Assembly (NCBI GenBank): GCA_965219455.1
Contig: OZ244744.1
Location: 5,344,001 to 5,408,000 of the forward strand
Source: Candidatus Latescibacterota bacterium
GTDB taxonomy: Bacteria > Latescibacterota > UBA2968 > GCA-2709665
DNA length: 64,000 bases
Direction of reading: 5' to 3'
The translations under genes and the position numbers were made by a program. The notes beneath the pieces are model-generated. The model did no database searches and was not told where the DNA came from. It worked only from the letters and a program-made list of their open reading frames with translations. Below are positions 39,066-51,479 of the stretch, one piece after another. Position 1 is the stretch's first letter. Each line of letters opens with the position of its first letter.

Positions 39066-41933
39066 ATGAAGGCCCTGTTGAAAGCGCTTGAACGGGAACT
39101 ATCCGGCGAGGTTCGGTTCGATAAGGCTTCGCGAATACTATACAGTACCGATGCGAGCATGTATCAGATTGAGCCGTTGGGCGTCGTTCTGCCCAAGCAT
39201 CGACAGGACGTCCTGCGGGTCATTCGCGTGGCACGAGAGTTCGGAGTGCCCGTATTGCCACGCGGCGGCGGGACGGCGCTTGCTGGACAGAGCGTGGGCC
39301 CTGCGGTGATTATGGATATGTCCAAATTCATGAATGACATCCTCGAACTGAACGAGGAAGAGGAATGGGTACGGGTTCAACCGGGTGTGGTACTGGACGA
39401 ATTGAACTCATATCTGAAGCCAAATGGTCTGCAATTCGCGCCGGACGTGGCTACGAGCAGTCGAGCGACGATCGGAGGGATGATCGGCAACAATTCATCG
39501 GGGGCCCATTCGGTAATCTACGGGAAGACCATCGACCACGTACTCGAACTGAAGGTGGCCCTCGCAGACGGCACGGAAACCCTGTTCAGGGATATGTCCG
39601 ACGAGGAAGTCGCCACGAAGACGAAACAGACGGACCTGGAAGGCCGGGCATACAGTGAAGTCGTCCGGCTCGCCGGGAACCACCGGGCGGAAATCGATCG
39701 GCGGTACCCGAAGATTCTGCGGCGTGTGGGCGGGTACAACCTGGATGAATTCACGAAGCCACAACCGTTTAATATGTGCCGTATGATCGTGGGGTCGGAG
39801 GGCACCCTCGCCACTGTACTGGAAGCCAAGTTGCGCGTGATTCCACTTCCGCGTGCCAGGGTCCTGGGCGTGGTGCAGTTCGGGGATCTGATTGAGTCGA
39901 TGGCGGCGGTTTCACACATTCTGGAGACCGGACCGGCAGCCGTGGAACTGGTGGATCGAATGATACTGGAGCAAACCCGAGGATCGATCGCACTGTCCAG
40001 GGACCGGGGCTGGGTTGAAGGAGACCCCCGGGCGGTGCTTGTGGTGGAGTATTTCGGGGATTCGCCTGACGCATTGATTCCGCGGCTCGACGCGCTCGAG
40101 GCCACAATGTCGAAACATGGTCTCGGCTATGGATTTCGACGGGCCGTGTCGGCCGAGGAACAGGCAAATGTATGGAATGTGCGTAAGTCGGGTCTGGGAT
40201 TGCTGATGGGTGTCAAGGGTGATACGAAACCGGTGGCATTTGTGGAGGACTCCGCCGTTTCGCCGGAGAAATTGCCGGAATACATCGGCGACTTCGAGCG
40301 GATTGTGCGCGAGCACGATACGACGGCCGGTTACTACGCGCATGCCAGCGTGGGATTGCTCCACATACGGCCGATGGTGAATGTGAAAACAGCAGCCGGA
40401 GTGGCTAAAATGCGGTCCATCGCCGAGGCCGTTCGGGAACTGGTGCTGAGTTACGGTGGTGCGATGAGCGGTGAGCACGGGGACGGCCTTGCTCGAAGTT
40501 GCTGGAACGAACGGGTTTTCGGGTCCACGCTGTACAAAGCGTTTCGGGAATTGAAGCATGCGTTCGATCCACAAGGGCTGATGAATCCGGGAAAAATCGT
40601 GGACGCGCCGATGATGACGGAAAACCTGCGGTTCGGTCCCGAATACCGCGTTCAGGAGCTGCGCACCCACTTCGACTTTTCGGCTGACGGGGGATTCCAC
40701 CGGGCGGTGGAGATGTGCAACGGCGTCGGTGCATGCCGAAAGAAACTCCACGGGACGATGTGCCCTTCGTATATGGCGACTCTTGACGAGGCCCATTCCA
40801 CACGTGGAAGGGCAAATGCGCTCCGTGCCGCCATATCGGGTGGGCTAGAGGGTGGGCTGGCCGACGAGCGGGTTTACGAGATCCTGGACCTGTGCCTGGA
40901 GTGCAAAGCGTGCAAGTCGGAGTGCCCGTCCAACGTTGACATGGCCAAAATCAAATATGAATTCCTTGCACATTATTACGACAGGCACGGAAGACCCTTG
41001 CGGGAATGGTTGTTCGGTAATATTGATACCCTGAACCGTGCAGGATGCGCGCTGGCGCCGTTATCGAACTGGGTTGCCAACACCGGGCTCGCCAGGCTGG
41101 GGATGCGGTTTCTGGGCATCGCACCGAAAAGGGCATTGCCGCCGTTCGCGCGCCGGACGTTCACGGATTGGTTTGCCGGGCGCACGAAGCGACAGAGCGA
41201 GCGTAAGGTGGTACTCTTCAATGACACGTACCTCACGTTTAATGAACCGGACATTGGCATTGCGGCCACCCGCTTTCTGGAGGCCGCGGGATACGAGGTG
41301 ATCCTTCCAACAAAGCGGTGTTGCGGAAGGCCGCTCCTGTCCAGTGGCATGATCGAGCAGGTTAAGGAAAATCTGGCGTTCAACATGCGGCACCTTCATA
41401 CGTACGTCGTGCAGGGATACGATATCGTGGGTTTTGAACCCAGTTGCGTCTCGATGTTGACCGACGACTACCCTGAGCTGAACGCGGACCCCCGGGTTCG
41501 AGAGGTGTCCGAGCGGTGCTATACGGTGGAGTCCTATCTGAGCCGGCTGGCGGAACGTGGCGAACTGCAGGTGTCATTCTCGGATCTGAAGAAGGAGATA
41601 CTTGTCCACGGACACTGCCACCAGAAAGCGCTCTGGGGAATGGCGCCGTCGCTCGAGGTATTGAACTTGCCGCCCGGATACTCGGCTTCAGCCATCGATT
41701 CGGCCTGCTGCGGTATGGCTGGCGCGTTTGGTTATCAGGCGGAACACTACGACATTTCGTTGAAAATGGGCGAGGACCGGCTCTTGAACGTTGTGCGGGA
41801 GGCGGGGCCGGAAACGGAGATCGCCGCCGCCGGTCTGTCGTGCCGGCAACAGATTCTCCATGCAACCGGACGGAACGCGCGTCATCCGATTCAGATTCTG
41901 TGGGAGGCGGTGGCACCCGTGAAGGAGGAGTGA
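39066..41933 (+). CDS. FAD-linked oxidase + 4Fe-4S + CCG-domain oxidoreductase (D-2-hydroxyacid dehydrogenase, YdiJ-like)
   Basis: YSTDAS, PRGGGT, GSEGTL, GEHGDG, CNGVGAC, CLECKACKSECP, two CCG motifs, HGHCHQK. Confidence 0.92.
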   Translation: MKALLKALERELSGEVRFDKASRILYSTDASMYQIEPLGVVLPKHRQDVLRVIRVAREFGVPVLPRGGGTALAGQSVGPAVIMDMSKFMNDILELNEEEEWVRVQPGVVLDELNSYLKPNGLQFAPDVATSSRATIGGMIGNNSSGAHSVIYGKTIDHVLELKVALADGTETLFRDMSDEEVATKTKQTDLEGRAYSEVVRLAGNHRAEIDRRYPKILRRVGGYNLDEFTKPQPFNMCRMIVGSEGTLATVLEAKLRVIPLPRARVLGVVQFGDLIESMAAVSHILETGPAAVELVDRMILEQTRGSIALSRDRGWVEGDPRAVLVVEYFGDSPDALIPRLDALEATMSKHGLGYGFRRAVSAEEQANVWNVRKSGLGLLMGVKGDTKPVAFVEDSAVSPEKLPEYIGDFERIVREHDTTAGYYAHASVGLLHIRPMVNVKTAAGVAKMRSIAEAVRELVLSYGGAMSGEHGDGLARSCWNERVFGSTLYKAFRELKHAFDPQGLMNPGKIVDAPMMTENLRFGPEYRVQELRTHFDFSADGGFHRAVEMCNGVGACRKKLHGTMCPSYMATLDEAHSTRGRANALRAAISGGLEGGLADERVYEILDLCLECKACKSECPSNVDMAKIKYEFLAHYYDRHGRPLREWLFGNIDTLNRAGCALAPLSNWVANTGLARLGMRFLGIAPKRALPPFARRTFTDWFAGRTKRQSERKVVLFNDTYLTFNEPDIGIAATRFLEAAGYEVILPTKRCCGRPLLSSGMIEQVKENLAFNMRHLHTYVVQGYDIVGFEPSCVSMLTDDYPELNADPRVREVSERCYTVESYLSRLAERGELQVSFSDLKKEILVHGHCHQKALWGMAPSLEVLNLPPGYSASAIDSACCGMAGAFGYQAEHYDISLKMGEDRLLNVVREAGPETEIAAAGLSCRQQILHATGRNARHPIQILWEAVAPVKEE

Positions 41934-41985
41934 GTTCCCGTCGGCGAATTCATGTGCGGCTAACTGGCAGAAAACAGGGGGCCTT

Positions 41986-42498
41986 GTGGATCTATTGAGA
42001 TATATCCGGGAAGTACCCGATTTTCCGAGACCGGGCATCCTTTTCAAGGATATCACAACCCTTTTGAAGGAACCCGCGGCGCTCGATGCCGCCGTTCGAC
42101 AGCTTGCAGACCCCTACCGGAATGCGGGCGTGTCACTCGTGGCAGGGATCGAGTCCAGGGGGTTCATCCTGGGCGCTGCCGTAGCTCGTGATCTGGGCGC
42201 GGGATTCGTACCCATTCGAAAATCCGGAAAGTTGCCCGCGAAGACGGCGTCGGCGAGTTACGTGCTGGAATACGGTACGGACAGCATTGAAATACATACC
42301 GATGCGATCGCCCCCGGCCAGCGTGTACTTCTCCTGGACGATCTGCTGGCCACGGGCGGCACCATGGAAGCCGCGGTCAAGCTGGTGAAAGGACTCGGTG
42401 GTCAGGTCCTGGGCATCGCATTTCTGATCGAATTGACCGCACTCGACGGACGCTCGAAATTGCACGGGGAAAGCGTGATGGCGCTGGTTGCCTACTAA
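41986..42498 (+). CDS. apt: Adenine phosphoribosyltransferase
   Basis: PDFPRPGILFKDIT, ESRGF, RKSGKLP, LEYG, DDLLATGGT. Confidence 0.97.
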   Translation: MDLLRYIREVPDFPRPGILFKDITTLLKEPAALDAAVRQLADPYRNAGVSLVAGIESRGFILGAAVARDLGAGFVPIRKSGKLPAKTASASYVLEYGTDSIEIHTDAIAPGQRVLLLDDLLATGGTMEAAVKLVKGLGGQVLGIAFLIELTALDGRSKLHGESVMALVAY

Positions 42499-42664
42499 CG
42501 GCCCGCCGCGCCGTCCGTGTGGCGTCCGCCGCCTGATCGAGCGGACGGGGTCTTCGCGGTGCGGTCGGCGGTTGTTGAGTTCTGCCCCCTGGTGTCCGGC
42601 CTGTAAAGTTATACACGGTTCGAAACGGGCGGAATATCTGAAAGAGCGCACATCTCGGGTCGAT

Positions 42665-42737
42665 GCCCCTGTAGCTCAGTGGATAGAGTAGCGGATTCCT
42701 AATCCGTTGGTCGCAGGTTCGAGTCCTGCCAGGGGCA
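42665..42737 (+). tRNA. tRNA-Arg(CCT)
   Basis: GCCCCTGTAGCTCAGTGGATAGAGTAGCGGATTCCTAATCCGTTGGTCGCAGGTTCGAGTCCTGCCAGGGGCA; CCA not encoded. Confidence 0.95.
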
Positions 42738-42882
42738 TTCCATTCTTATTGAGAAAGATCTTCGCTTACCGAAAAGCAAAGCTTTTCGAACAGTTTCCCG
42801 GAGACACGCGGGTGCGCTTGAGGGTCGGGCGACCGGCCCCGAGGCGGACGCCGGCATCGACGGGGGAAGGCGAGTACTGAAG

Positions 42883-43929
42883 GTGCAGATTACGTCGGTC
42901 AGAGCAATCCAGCCGAAATCCGCCGGAAGTCCGAACGACTGGAGGACCTGGATGGGTCAGATCGCGGTCAGCGTTGGGACGGAAGACGGGCTGACGGGCT
43001 TTGGCGTCGGTGGCGGCGGTGCGGCAGGCATTCACGTTATCGAGAACGGACTGCGCGGGCTTCTTATCGGCAGCGACGCGACCCGGGTCGAAGACCTGTG
43101 GGACGAAATGTATCGGACAACACGACCCTACGGACGGAAGGGAATCGCGGTGATGGCGATCAGCGGCGTGGACCTGGCGCTGTGGGATCTGAGGGGGAAA
43201 CGCCACGGAAAGCCGATAGCCGGGGTTTTGACAGGCAAGAACCCATGCCCTCCAAAAACTGTTTCCTGCTACATGACGGGATTCTCAGCGGAAGAGGTTA
43301 TACGTTCCGGCGCAAAGGGGTTCAACGCACTCAAGTTTCACGCGGGGCTCAGCCCGAACCAGAAAATCGCCGACGTGGTTGTTCCGATTCGACGTGTGAG
43401 AGACACCCTCGGGCCTGATGTCCGTTTGATGGCAGACGCGGCGATGAATCTGGACGCCGACACGGCACTGCGCCTGGTCGACGCATTAAAGGGATGTCGT
43501 CTGGAATGGCTCGAGGAACCGCTGCCGCCAGAGGATCTGGAAGGATACGGGAAATTGCGTGACCAGAGCCCGATACCCATTGCGGGCGGGGAACATGAAT
43601 ACACGGCAGCCGCCTTCGAAGTTCTGATGAGGGAACGTCTCCACGCAATCGTACAACCGGACGCGACCTGGTGTGGTGGACTTACGGAACTGCTGAAGAT
43701 TTATAAAATGGGCGAGAAATACCGCGTTCGGGTCTGTCCCCATCGTGGAAGCGAAATCTGGGCGCTGCACGCGATTGCGTCAATAGATCCTCATCCACTG
43801 GCCGAATCGGGCAGACCGTGGATCGACTGGGTGGACGGGCAACCTGAAATCGAAAATGGAAGCGTCGCGATCGGAAACGCGCCCGGCTTCGGGGTCGGGC
43901 TGCCCATCCCGCCCTGCCGAATTCGCTAG
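42883..43929 (+). CDS. Mandelate racemase/enolase superfamily dehydratase (rhamnonate-dehydratase-like)
   Basis: AISGVDLALWDL, MADA, WLEEP, GEHE, QPD, CPHRG. Confidence 0.88.
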   Translation: MQITSVRAIQPKSAGSPNDWRTWMGQIAVSVGTEDGLTGFGVGGGGAAGIHVIENGLRGLLIGSDATRVEDLWDEMYRTTRPYGRKGIAVMAISGVDLALWDLRGKRHGKPIAGVLTGKNPCPPKTVSCYMTGFSAEEVIRSGAKGFNALKFHAGLSPNQKIADVVVPIRRVRDTLGPDVRLMADAAMNLDADTALRLVDALKGCRLEWLEEPLPPEDLEGYGKLRDQSPIPIAGGEHEYTAAAFEVLMRERLHAIVQPDATWCGGLTELLKIYKMGEKYRVRVCPHRGSEIWALHAIASIDPHPLAESGRPWIDWVDGQPEIENGSVAIGNAPGFGVGLPIPPCRIR

Positions 43930-44142
43930 ATTTCCCGTGGCGTTCTTGTTGAGTCTCCCCGGTGAATACCTGCAACGGCGCCTGGGCAACAATCAAGATG
44001 GGTCACGTCTCGAGCCGGGATTGGCGAGGCGGCCGGACGTGTGACGGCGCCCGGGTTCGTAAAAACAAGGTGGCAGCGAGGGGTACATTGCGATACATGC
44101 AAATCGGTCGCAAAGGCACGGCTGTCGGGGTGGGCAAAAGGG

Positions 44143-44171
44143 TTGACATCGGATCTGGAATGCCATAATAT
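44143..44171 (+). promoter_or_regulatory. sigma70 promoter heading the small ORFs-ruvX-mltG-pcrA run
   Basis: TTGACA-17 nt-TAATAT. Confidence 0.6.
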
Positions 44172-44306
44172 TTAGTGGGCCTGTCGCCTTTCACTGCACC
44201 TGCGGCCCTGCTTTCGGATCTTCATCTGCGGACGGAACCGGTTCAATTCGCCATCCGAAAACCCTGTGCGCGTCTCCCCCGGACGTTATGAGAAATCGGG
44301 AGGAGT

Positions 44307-44657
44307 ATGATGTCCCCTGAAAATGGTGAATATCTGGAAGACGATCGTATATTGGCGCATCTTGTGGATCCGATTGACGCTGAAGCGTTTAAAAATTTAA
44401 TGGAACACGCCCACCCGCGGGGCATGAGCGCCGCGGATTTTGTTCGTGAAGTGCCTGAACGCACGTCGCGAAAGGCGATTCGGAGGCTGTGCCTGAAAGA
44501 CAGGAAGCGGACGTTGCGTGCGAGATTATCCTCCTTCGCCAGGAATCTATGGGCGCGCCCCGCAGAGGATCCCAAGACCACTTATATTCAGACACTCTAT
44601 TCACGCCGCGACCGGCCGCAGATTCCGGGCGGGAACGGACAGAAGCCCAAACGATGA
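44307..44657 (+). CDS. Hypothetical protein (116 aa)
   Basis: GGAGGAG RBS directly upstream; ATGA-coupled to the next ORF; no recognised motif. Confidence 0.55.
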   Translation: MMSPENGEYLEDDRILAHLVDPIDAEAFKNLMEHAHPRGMSAADFVREVPERTSRKAIRRLCLKDRKRTLRARLSSFARNLWARPAEDPKTTYIQTLYSRRDRPQIPGGNGQKPKR

Positions 44658-44836
44658 TGCAGGAAAAGCGACAGGCGCTACAGGTACACATTCACGAACT
44701 GGAAGAACTGGTCGAGGCGATGCTTGTACATGCGCGATCCGGAAACCAGGAGGCCAGGGAACGGCTGGTTCACGTGCATCGAGAGGTGATGAATAAACGG
44801 CATCGCCTCAAAGACCTGTACAGGCAGGATGGCTGA
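44654..44836 (+). CDS. Small helical/coiled-coil hypothetical protein (60 aa)
   Basis: ATGA overlap; amphipathic sequence LQVHIHELEELVEAML. Confidence 0.5.
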   Translation: MMQEKRQALQVHIHELEELVEAMLVHARSGNQEARERLVHVHREVMNKRHRLKDLYRQDG

Positions 44837-44934
44837 GGGTTGGGACCCATAAAGCGGAATATGGCGGGCAAGCTCCGAGGCGTTTCCAGGAGTTGTGCCG
44901 CATGTTTCGCCTTTTTTGATTCATGCGGATTCAG

Positions 44935-45357
44935 ATGCGAATTCTTGCGGTTGACTATGGTCGACGCCGCGTGGGCCTGGCCGTTTCCGACGAAATGGGA
45001 TTTGCCGCGCGGGGGTTGCCAACGGTGCGGGCGGGCTCACGAAGCTCGGCGGTAGATTCCGTTGCACAGGTGGCTTCGGACGTTGGGGCGGCCGCACTTC
45101 TCGTTGGTATGCCGCTCAATATGGATGGCAGCCGAGGTCCGATGGCCGAAGCGGCCGAAGCATTCGCTGCCGCATTGAATCGAACAACGGGGCTGCCTGT
45201 TCGCTTCTGGGATGAACGGTTGACCACCGTTGCCGCTCGACGTGCGATACGGGAGATCGGAGCCAGGGGGCGAGATAAAAAGGGCACTGTGGATCGGATG
45301 GCGGCGGTTTTACTTCTGAATAACTATCTGCAGGCACAGGACTCGGCGGAACCCTGA
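44935..45357 (+). CDS. ruvX: RuvX/YqgF pre-16S rRNA nuclease
   Basis: ILAVDYGRRRVGLAVSD, VGMPLNMDG, WDERLTT, VDRMAA. Confidence 0.95.
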   Translation: MRILAVDYGRRRVGLAVSDEMGFAARGLPTVRAGSRSSAVDSVAQVASDVGAAALLVGMPLNMDGSRGPMAEAAEAFAAALNRTTGLPVRFWDERLTTVAARRAIREIGARGRDKKGTVDRMAAVLLLNNYLQAQDSAEP

Positions 45358-46448
45358 TGCGAACCCGGGAGAAGCAGAGCATGGCGCCGATCGGTTCGGA
45401 TAGTCGCCGGTCCTGGAGATCTCGCGTCTTCGGGTCGGTGATCGTTCGTTCCATATTCGCGCTCATCTGCGTGGGCGCCGTGGGCCTGGTGCTGGTGGTC
45501 CTCGCCTTGAACCGTCCCACAGGGTCAGGGGCAAGGGAGGTCGTCATTCAAAAAGGGATGACGGTTTTGCAGATGGGAAGGTTGTTGCGCCAGGAAGGGG
45601 TGATTCGAAGTCCACAGCTTCTGATCCTGTTTTCTTTGTTTAACGGGACCAGCAGGCACCTCAAGGCCGGGCTTCACCGGTTCCGGGAGGGCATGAGCAC
45701 CTGGGAGGTTCTCAAAGAACTTTCCGTGTCCAGAGACGATTACCGCGTTGTAACCCTCCCGGAAGGTATGAATCTGGAGCAGACGCTCCGGCGCCTGGCG
45801 GCTGCATTGGATTTGGACGAGAGGAAAATGGGGCGTCTCGCGTCCGATGCCGGATATTGTCGCCGTTTGGGTGTAACCGCGGACCACCTCGAGGGATACC
45901 TCTTTCCCGAAACCTATCGGTTTTCGCTGGCGATGGACGAAGAGCAAGTCATCAGGATGCTGGTACGGCATTTCTTCAGGATTTTCGATGGGAAAATGGC
46001 GGCGCGAGCGCGTCAGATGGACATGTCGGTACATAACGTCGTCACGCTGGCCTCCATTATCGAAGGCGAAGCGATGTTGGATGAAGAACGGGCGACGATC
46101 TCGGCGGTATATCACAACCGGCTCAAGCGAGGGATGTATCTCCAGGCCGATCCGACGATCCAATTTTCCATCGAGGGAGGTCCCCGCAGGTTGTTTGACG
46201 AAGATTACAAGATCGACTCCCCGTACAATACCTATCGCCATCGCGGTTTACCGCCCGGTCCGGTGATGAATCCGGGGGCCGCGTCGCTGAAGGGCGCACT
46301 GTACCCGTCGGATGTGGACTACCTCTTTTTTGTGGCCACGGGAGACGGATCGCACGTGTTCAGCAGAACTTCCCGCGAACACAATGATGCCAAGCGGAAG
46401 ACAAGGTGGGCCAGGAGACGCGGTTGGCAAACGTCCCGGATGCCTTGA
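45357..46448 (+). CDS. mltG: Endolytic transglycosylase MltG
   Basis: N-terminal TM, LPEG, LEGYLFPETY, LASIIEGE, LQADPT, SPYNTY..GLPPGP. Confidence 0.95.
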   Translation: MRTREKQSMAPIGSDSRRSWRSRVFGSVIVRSIFALICVGAVGLVLVVLALNRPTGSGAREVVIQKGMTVLQMGRLLRQEGVIRSPQLLILFSLFNGTSRHLKAGLHRFREGMSTWEVLKELSVSRDDYRVVTLPEGMNLEQTLRRLAAALDLDERKMGRLASDAGYCRRLGVTADHLEGYLFPETYRFSLAMDEEQVIRMLVRHFFRIFDGKMAARARQMDMSVHNVVTLASIIEGEAMLDEERATISAVYHNRLKRGMYLQADPTIQFSIEGGPRRLFDEDYKIDSPYNTYRHRGLPPGPVMNPGAASLKGALYPSDVDYLFFVATGDGSHVFSRTSREHNDAKRKTRWARRRGWQTSRMP

Positions 46449-46466
46449 AAAGAGGAAAACGAGGGA

Positions 46467-48620
46467 ATGCAGGCCATTCTCGAGGGTTTGAACGAACAGC
46501 AGAAAGAGGCGGTATGTGTTGTGGATCGCCCGGTTCTCGTGCTGGCCGGGGCCGGATCCGGAAAGACACGAGTGCTGACCCACCGTCTTGCCTACCTGAT
46601 TGAGGTATGCGGCGTCCATCCGGGCGCAATTGTGGCCATGACGTTCACCAACAAGGCAGCGGGTGAGATGAATGGCCGTGTAGCGAATCTGTTGAACCGA
46701 AACACCAGGGGAATGTGGCTGGGGACATTCCACTCGCTGTGCGCACGAATTTTGAGGAGGGAGTCCGCGGCGGCCGGCCTGGAATCCAATTTCTCCATAT
46801 ACGATTCGGACGACCAGCTTGCGTTGATGCGGCAGGTCATTCGAGACCAGGAGATTTCGGAGCGGCAGTTTCCTCCCCGCCAGGTTCGGGGGCGAATCAG
46901 TTCCGAGAAAAGCCGCATGGTCGATCCGGTCGCTTTTTCTCAACGTGCCGGCACCTTTTACGAGCAGCAGGTCGCCCGGATTTATCGGCAGTACCAATCG
47001 GCGTTACAACAGAACAACGCTGTTGATTTCGACGATCTTCTCATGCTGACAGTGCAGGTTTTCAGGGACGATCCGGAGATCCTGGGGCGGTACCAGAACC
47101 GGTTCGAGCACTGTCTGATCGACGAGTACCAGGATACCAACCGGCCACAGTATCTTTTCGCGCGTCTGCTGGCGGAAAAACATGGCCGCATCTTTGTGGT
47201 CGGAGACGACGACCAGAGCATCTATGCATGGCGCGGTGCGGATTTGGGAAACATCCTGAATTTCGAGAAGGATTTTCCCAATGCCCACGTCATCCGTCTC
47301 GAACAGAACTACCGGTCGTCACAGGTAATTCTTGACGCGGGAAACGCGGTGATTCGCAACAACCTCGGACGGAAGGGGAAAGAGCTCTGGACAAATCGGG
47401 ATCGCGGGGAACCGATTCGGCTTTCGCGATGCGCGGACGAAGTGGACGAAGCCCAATGGATCGCCCGGGAATCGAAACGTCTCAGGGCAGCGTACACCTA
47501 CGGACAAATCGCCGTATTGTACCGTACGAACGCTCAGTCCCGCGCGCTGGAAGACGGACTGCGTTACGAGGCGATTCCATATGTGATTGTGGGGGGCGTT
47601 CGGTTTTACGAACGCATGGAAGTCAAGGATGTGCTTGCTTACCTCAGGCTGATCGTGAATCCCAGCGATTCGATCAGCCTGTACCGTATTCTCAATACGC
47701 CGCGCCGCGGCATCGGCCGGACCTCTCTCGCAAGATTGGAAGCCTTCGCGGCGAGCGAGGGTATCACACCATCTGACGCTCTGTCTCGCGCCATTGACGT
47801 AGACGGCCTTACGGCCCGCGCGAAAGTGGCGATGGGGCAATTTCACGGAATGATTGAAGGATTCCGAAACCGGTTGGAGGATGAGCCGGCCCACCTGCTG
47901 GCGGGGCGCATCGTACAGGAAACCGGATATTTGCAGACGCTGGAAGAATTGACGCCCGCCGAGACCATTTCCCGCTCCGAGAATGTACAGGAACTGCTGG
48001 TGGCCATTGAAGATTTCGTGCAGCGATCCGACACACCTTCGCTGTCGGCATTTTTGCGGGAAGTCGCACTGGTTACCGACGTGGACCAGTGGCGTGAGGA
48101 GGCCGATGCCGTGACGTTGATGACGTTGCATAGCGCAAAGGGACTCGAGTTTCCGGCGGTATTTATTACGGGTCTGGAAGAGGGGTTGTTCCCTATCTTG
48201 AGGGAACACGACGATCCGCTGGTGGAAGAAGCGGCCGTGGAGGAGGAGCGGCGGCTGTTTTATGTGGGCGTCACAAGGGCGCAGGACCGGCTCCACCTGA
48301 TACATGCCACGCAGCGTCGGCGGTACGGAGGCGCAACGGTCAGTTCCGAGTCCAGATTCCTGCGAGAAATCCCAGGAGATCTGATCGTTCGCGGACACGC
48401 CTTTCAAGAGGATGTTCCCCAACGTGCCCGGATAGATACACCGACAGATATCGACCCCTTCCCGATGGAAGCGGGCTCGGCCATTCTCCATCCCAAGTGG
48501 GGACGCGGACGGATTGTCGACCGCTCCGGCAGCGGTCCGGATACCAAACTCACGGTTCGCTTTCAGAACGGATCAACAAAAAAGGTGGTCGTCCGGTTCG
48601 CCGGTCTTCGGCCGGGATGA
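46467..48620 (+). CDS. pcrA: ATP-dependent DNA helicase PcrA/UvrD
   Basis: AGAGSGKT, DEYQD, VGDDDQSIY, LEQNYRS, TLHSAKGLEF, EERRLFYV, C-terminal tudor-like HPKWG.G. Confidence 0.95.
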   Translation: MQAILEGLNEQQKEAVCVVDRPVLVLAGAGSGKTRVLTHRLAYLIEVCGVHPGAIVAMTFTNKAAGEMNGRVANLLNRNTRGMWLGTFHSLCARILRRESAAAGLESNFSIYDSDDQLALMRQVIRDQEISERQFPPRQVRGRISSEKSRMVDPVAFSQRAGTFYEQQVARIYRQYQSALQQNNAVDFDDLLMLTVQVFRDDPEILGRYQNRFEHCLIDEYQDTNRPQYLFARLLAEKHGRIFVVGDDDQSIYAWRGADLGNILNFEKDFPNAHVIRLEQNYRSSQVILDAGNAVIRNNLGRKGKELWTNRDRGEPIRLSRCADEVDEAQWIARESKRLRAAYTYGQIAVLYRTNAQSRALEDGLRYEAIPYVIVGGVRFYERMEVKDVLAYLRLIVNPSDSISLYRILNTPRRGIGRTSLARLEAFAASEGITPSDALSRAIDVDGLTARAKVAMGQFHGMIEGFRNRLEDEPAHLLAGRIVQETGYLQTLEELTPAETISRSENVQELLVAIEDFVQRSDTPSLSAFLREVALVTDVDQWREEADAVTLMTLHSAKGLEFPAVFITGLEEGLFPILREHDDPLVEEAAVEEERRLFYVGVTRAQDRLHLIHATQRRRYGGATVSSESRFLREIPGDLIVRGHAFQEDVPQRARIDTPTDIDPFPMEAGSAILHPKWGRGRIVDRSGSGPDTKLTVRFQNGSTKKVVVRFAGLRPG

Positions 48621-48751
48621 TCGTAAGCCGTCAACGGCGCCGGCCTTTGGTCCGCTTCGCCAAAATCCTCTTGATTTCGAGTTTGATTTCGCTCATATTA
48701 CAGTCACAATGAAGACCGGATATAACCACAGTCCATTTTCATGGGTTACTT

Positions 48752-49039
48752 ATGTCGGTTACGCTGGAAGACGTACGAAAGGTCGCGCAACTTGCCCGGC
48801 TCAGGTTCAACAGGGAAGAGGAGGAACGCCTGGTTGTCGACCTGAATCAGATGCTGGATTATGCGGCCGCACTGGAGAAACTGAATACAACTGACGTTTC
48901 GCCCACGTCGCACGTACTACCTGTCTGTAACGTGTTTCGGGAGGATACGCCCGTTCCGTCTCTTTCCCAGACCGAGGCGCTGTCAAATGCGCCGAGCTCA
49001 GGCTACGGCCATTTCAGGGTTCCCAAAGTTATCGAATAG
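48752..49039 (+). CDS. gatC: Asp/Glu-tRNA amidotransferase subunit C
   Basis: VAQLARL, PTSH, NVFRED, ALSNAP, FRVPKVIE. Confidence 0.96.
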   Translation: MSVTLEDVRKVAQLARLRFNREEEERLVVDLNQMLDYAAALEKLNTTDVSPTSHVLPVCNVFREDTPVPSLSQTEALSNAPSSGYGHFRVPKVIE

Positions 49040-51438
<2,399 letters not shown>

Positions 51439-51479
51439 CTACCTGTTTTTCTGCAAACGTCCCCTTTCCTTCCAATTTT

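Noticed and set aside
42665-43929. tRNA-Arg or tRNA-Gly as an island integration site
   Set aside because: No integrase and no duplicated tRNA 3' end seen in the window.
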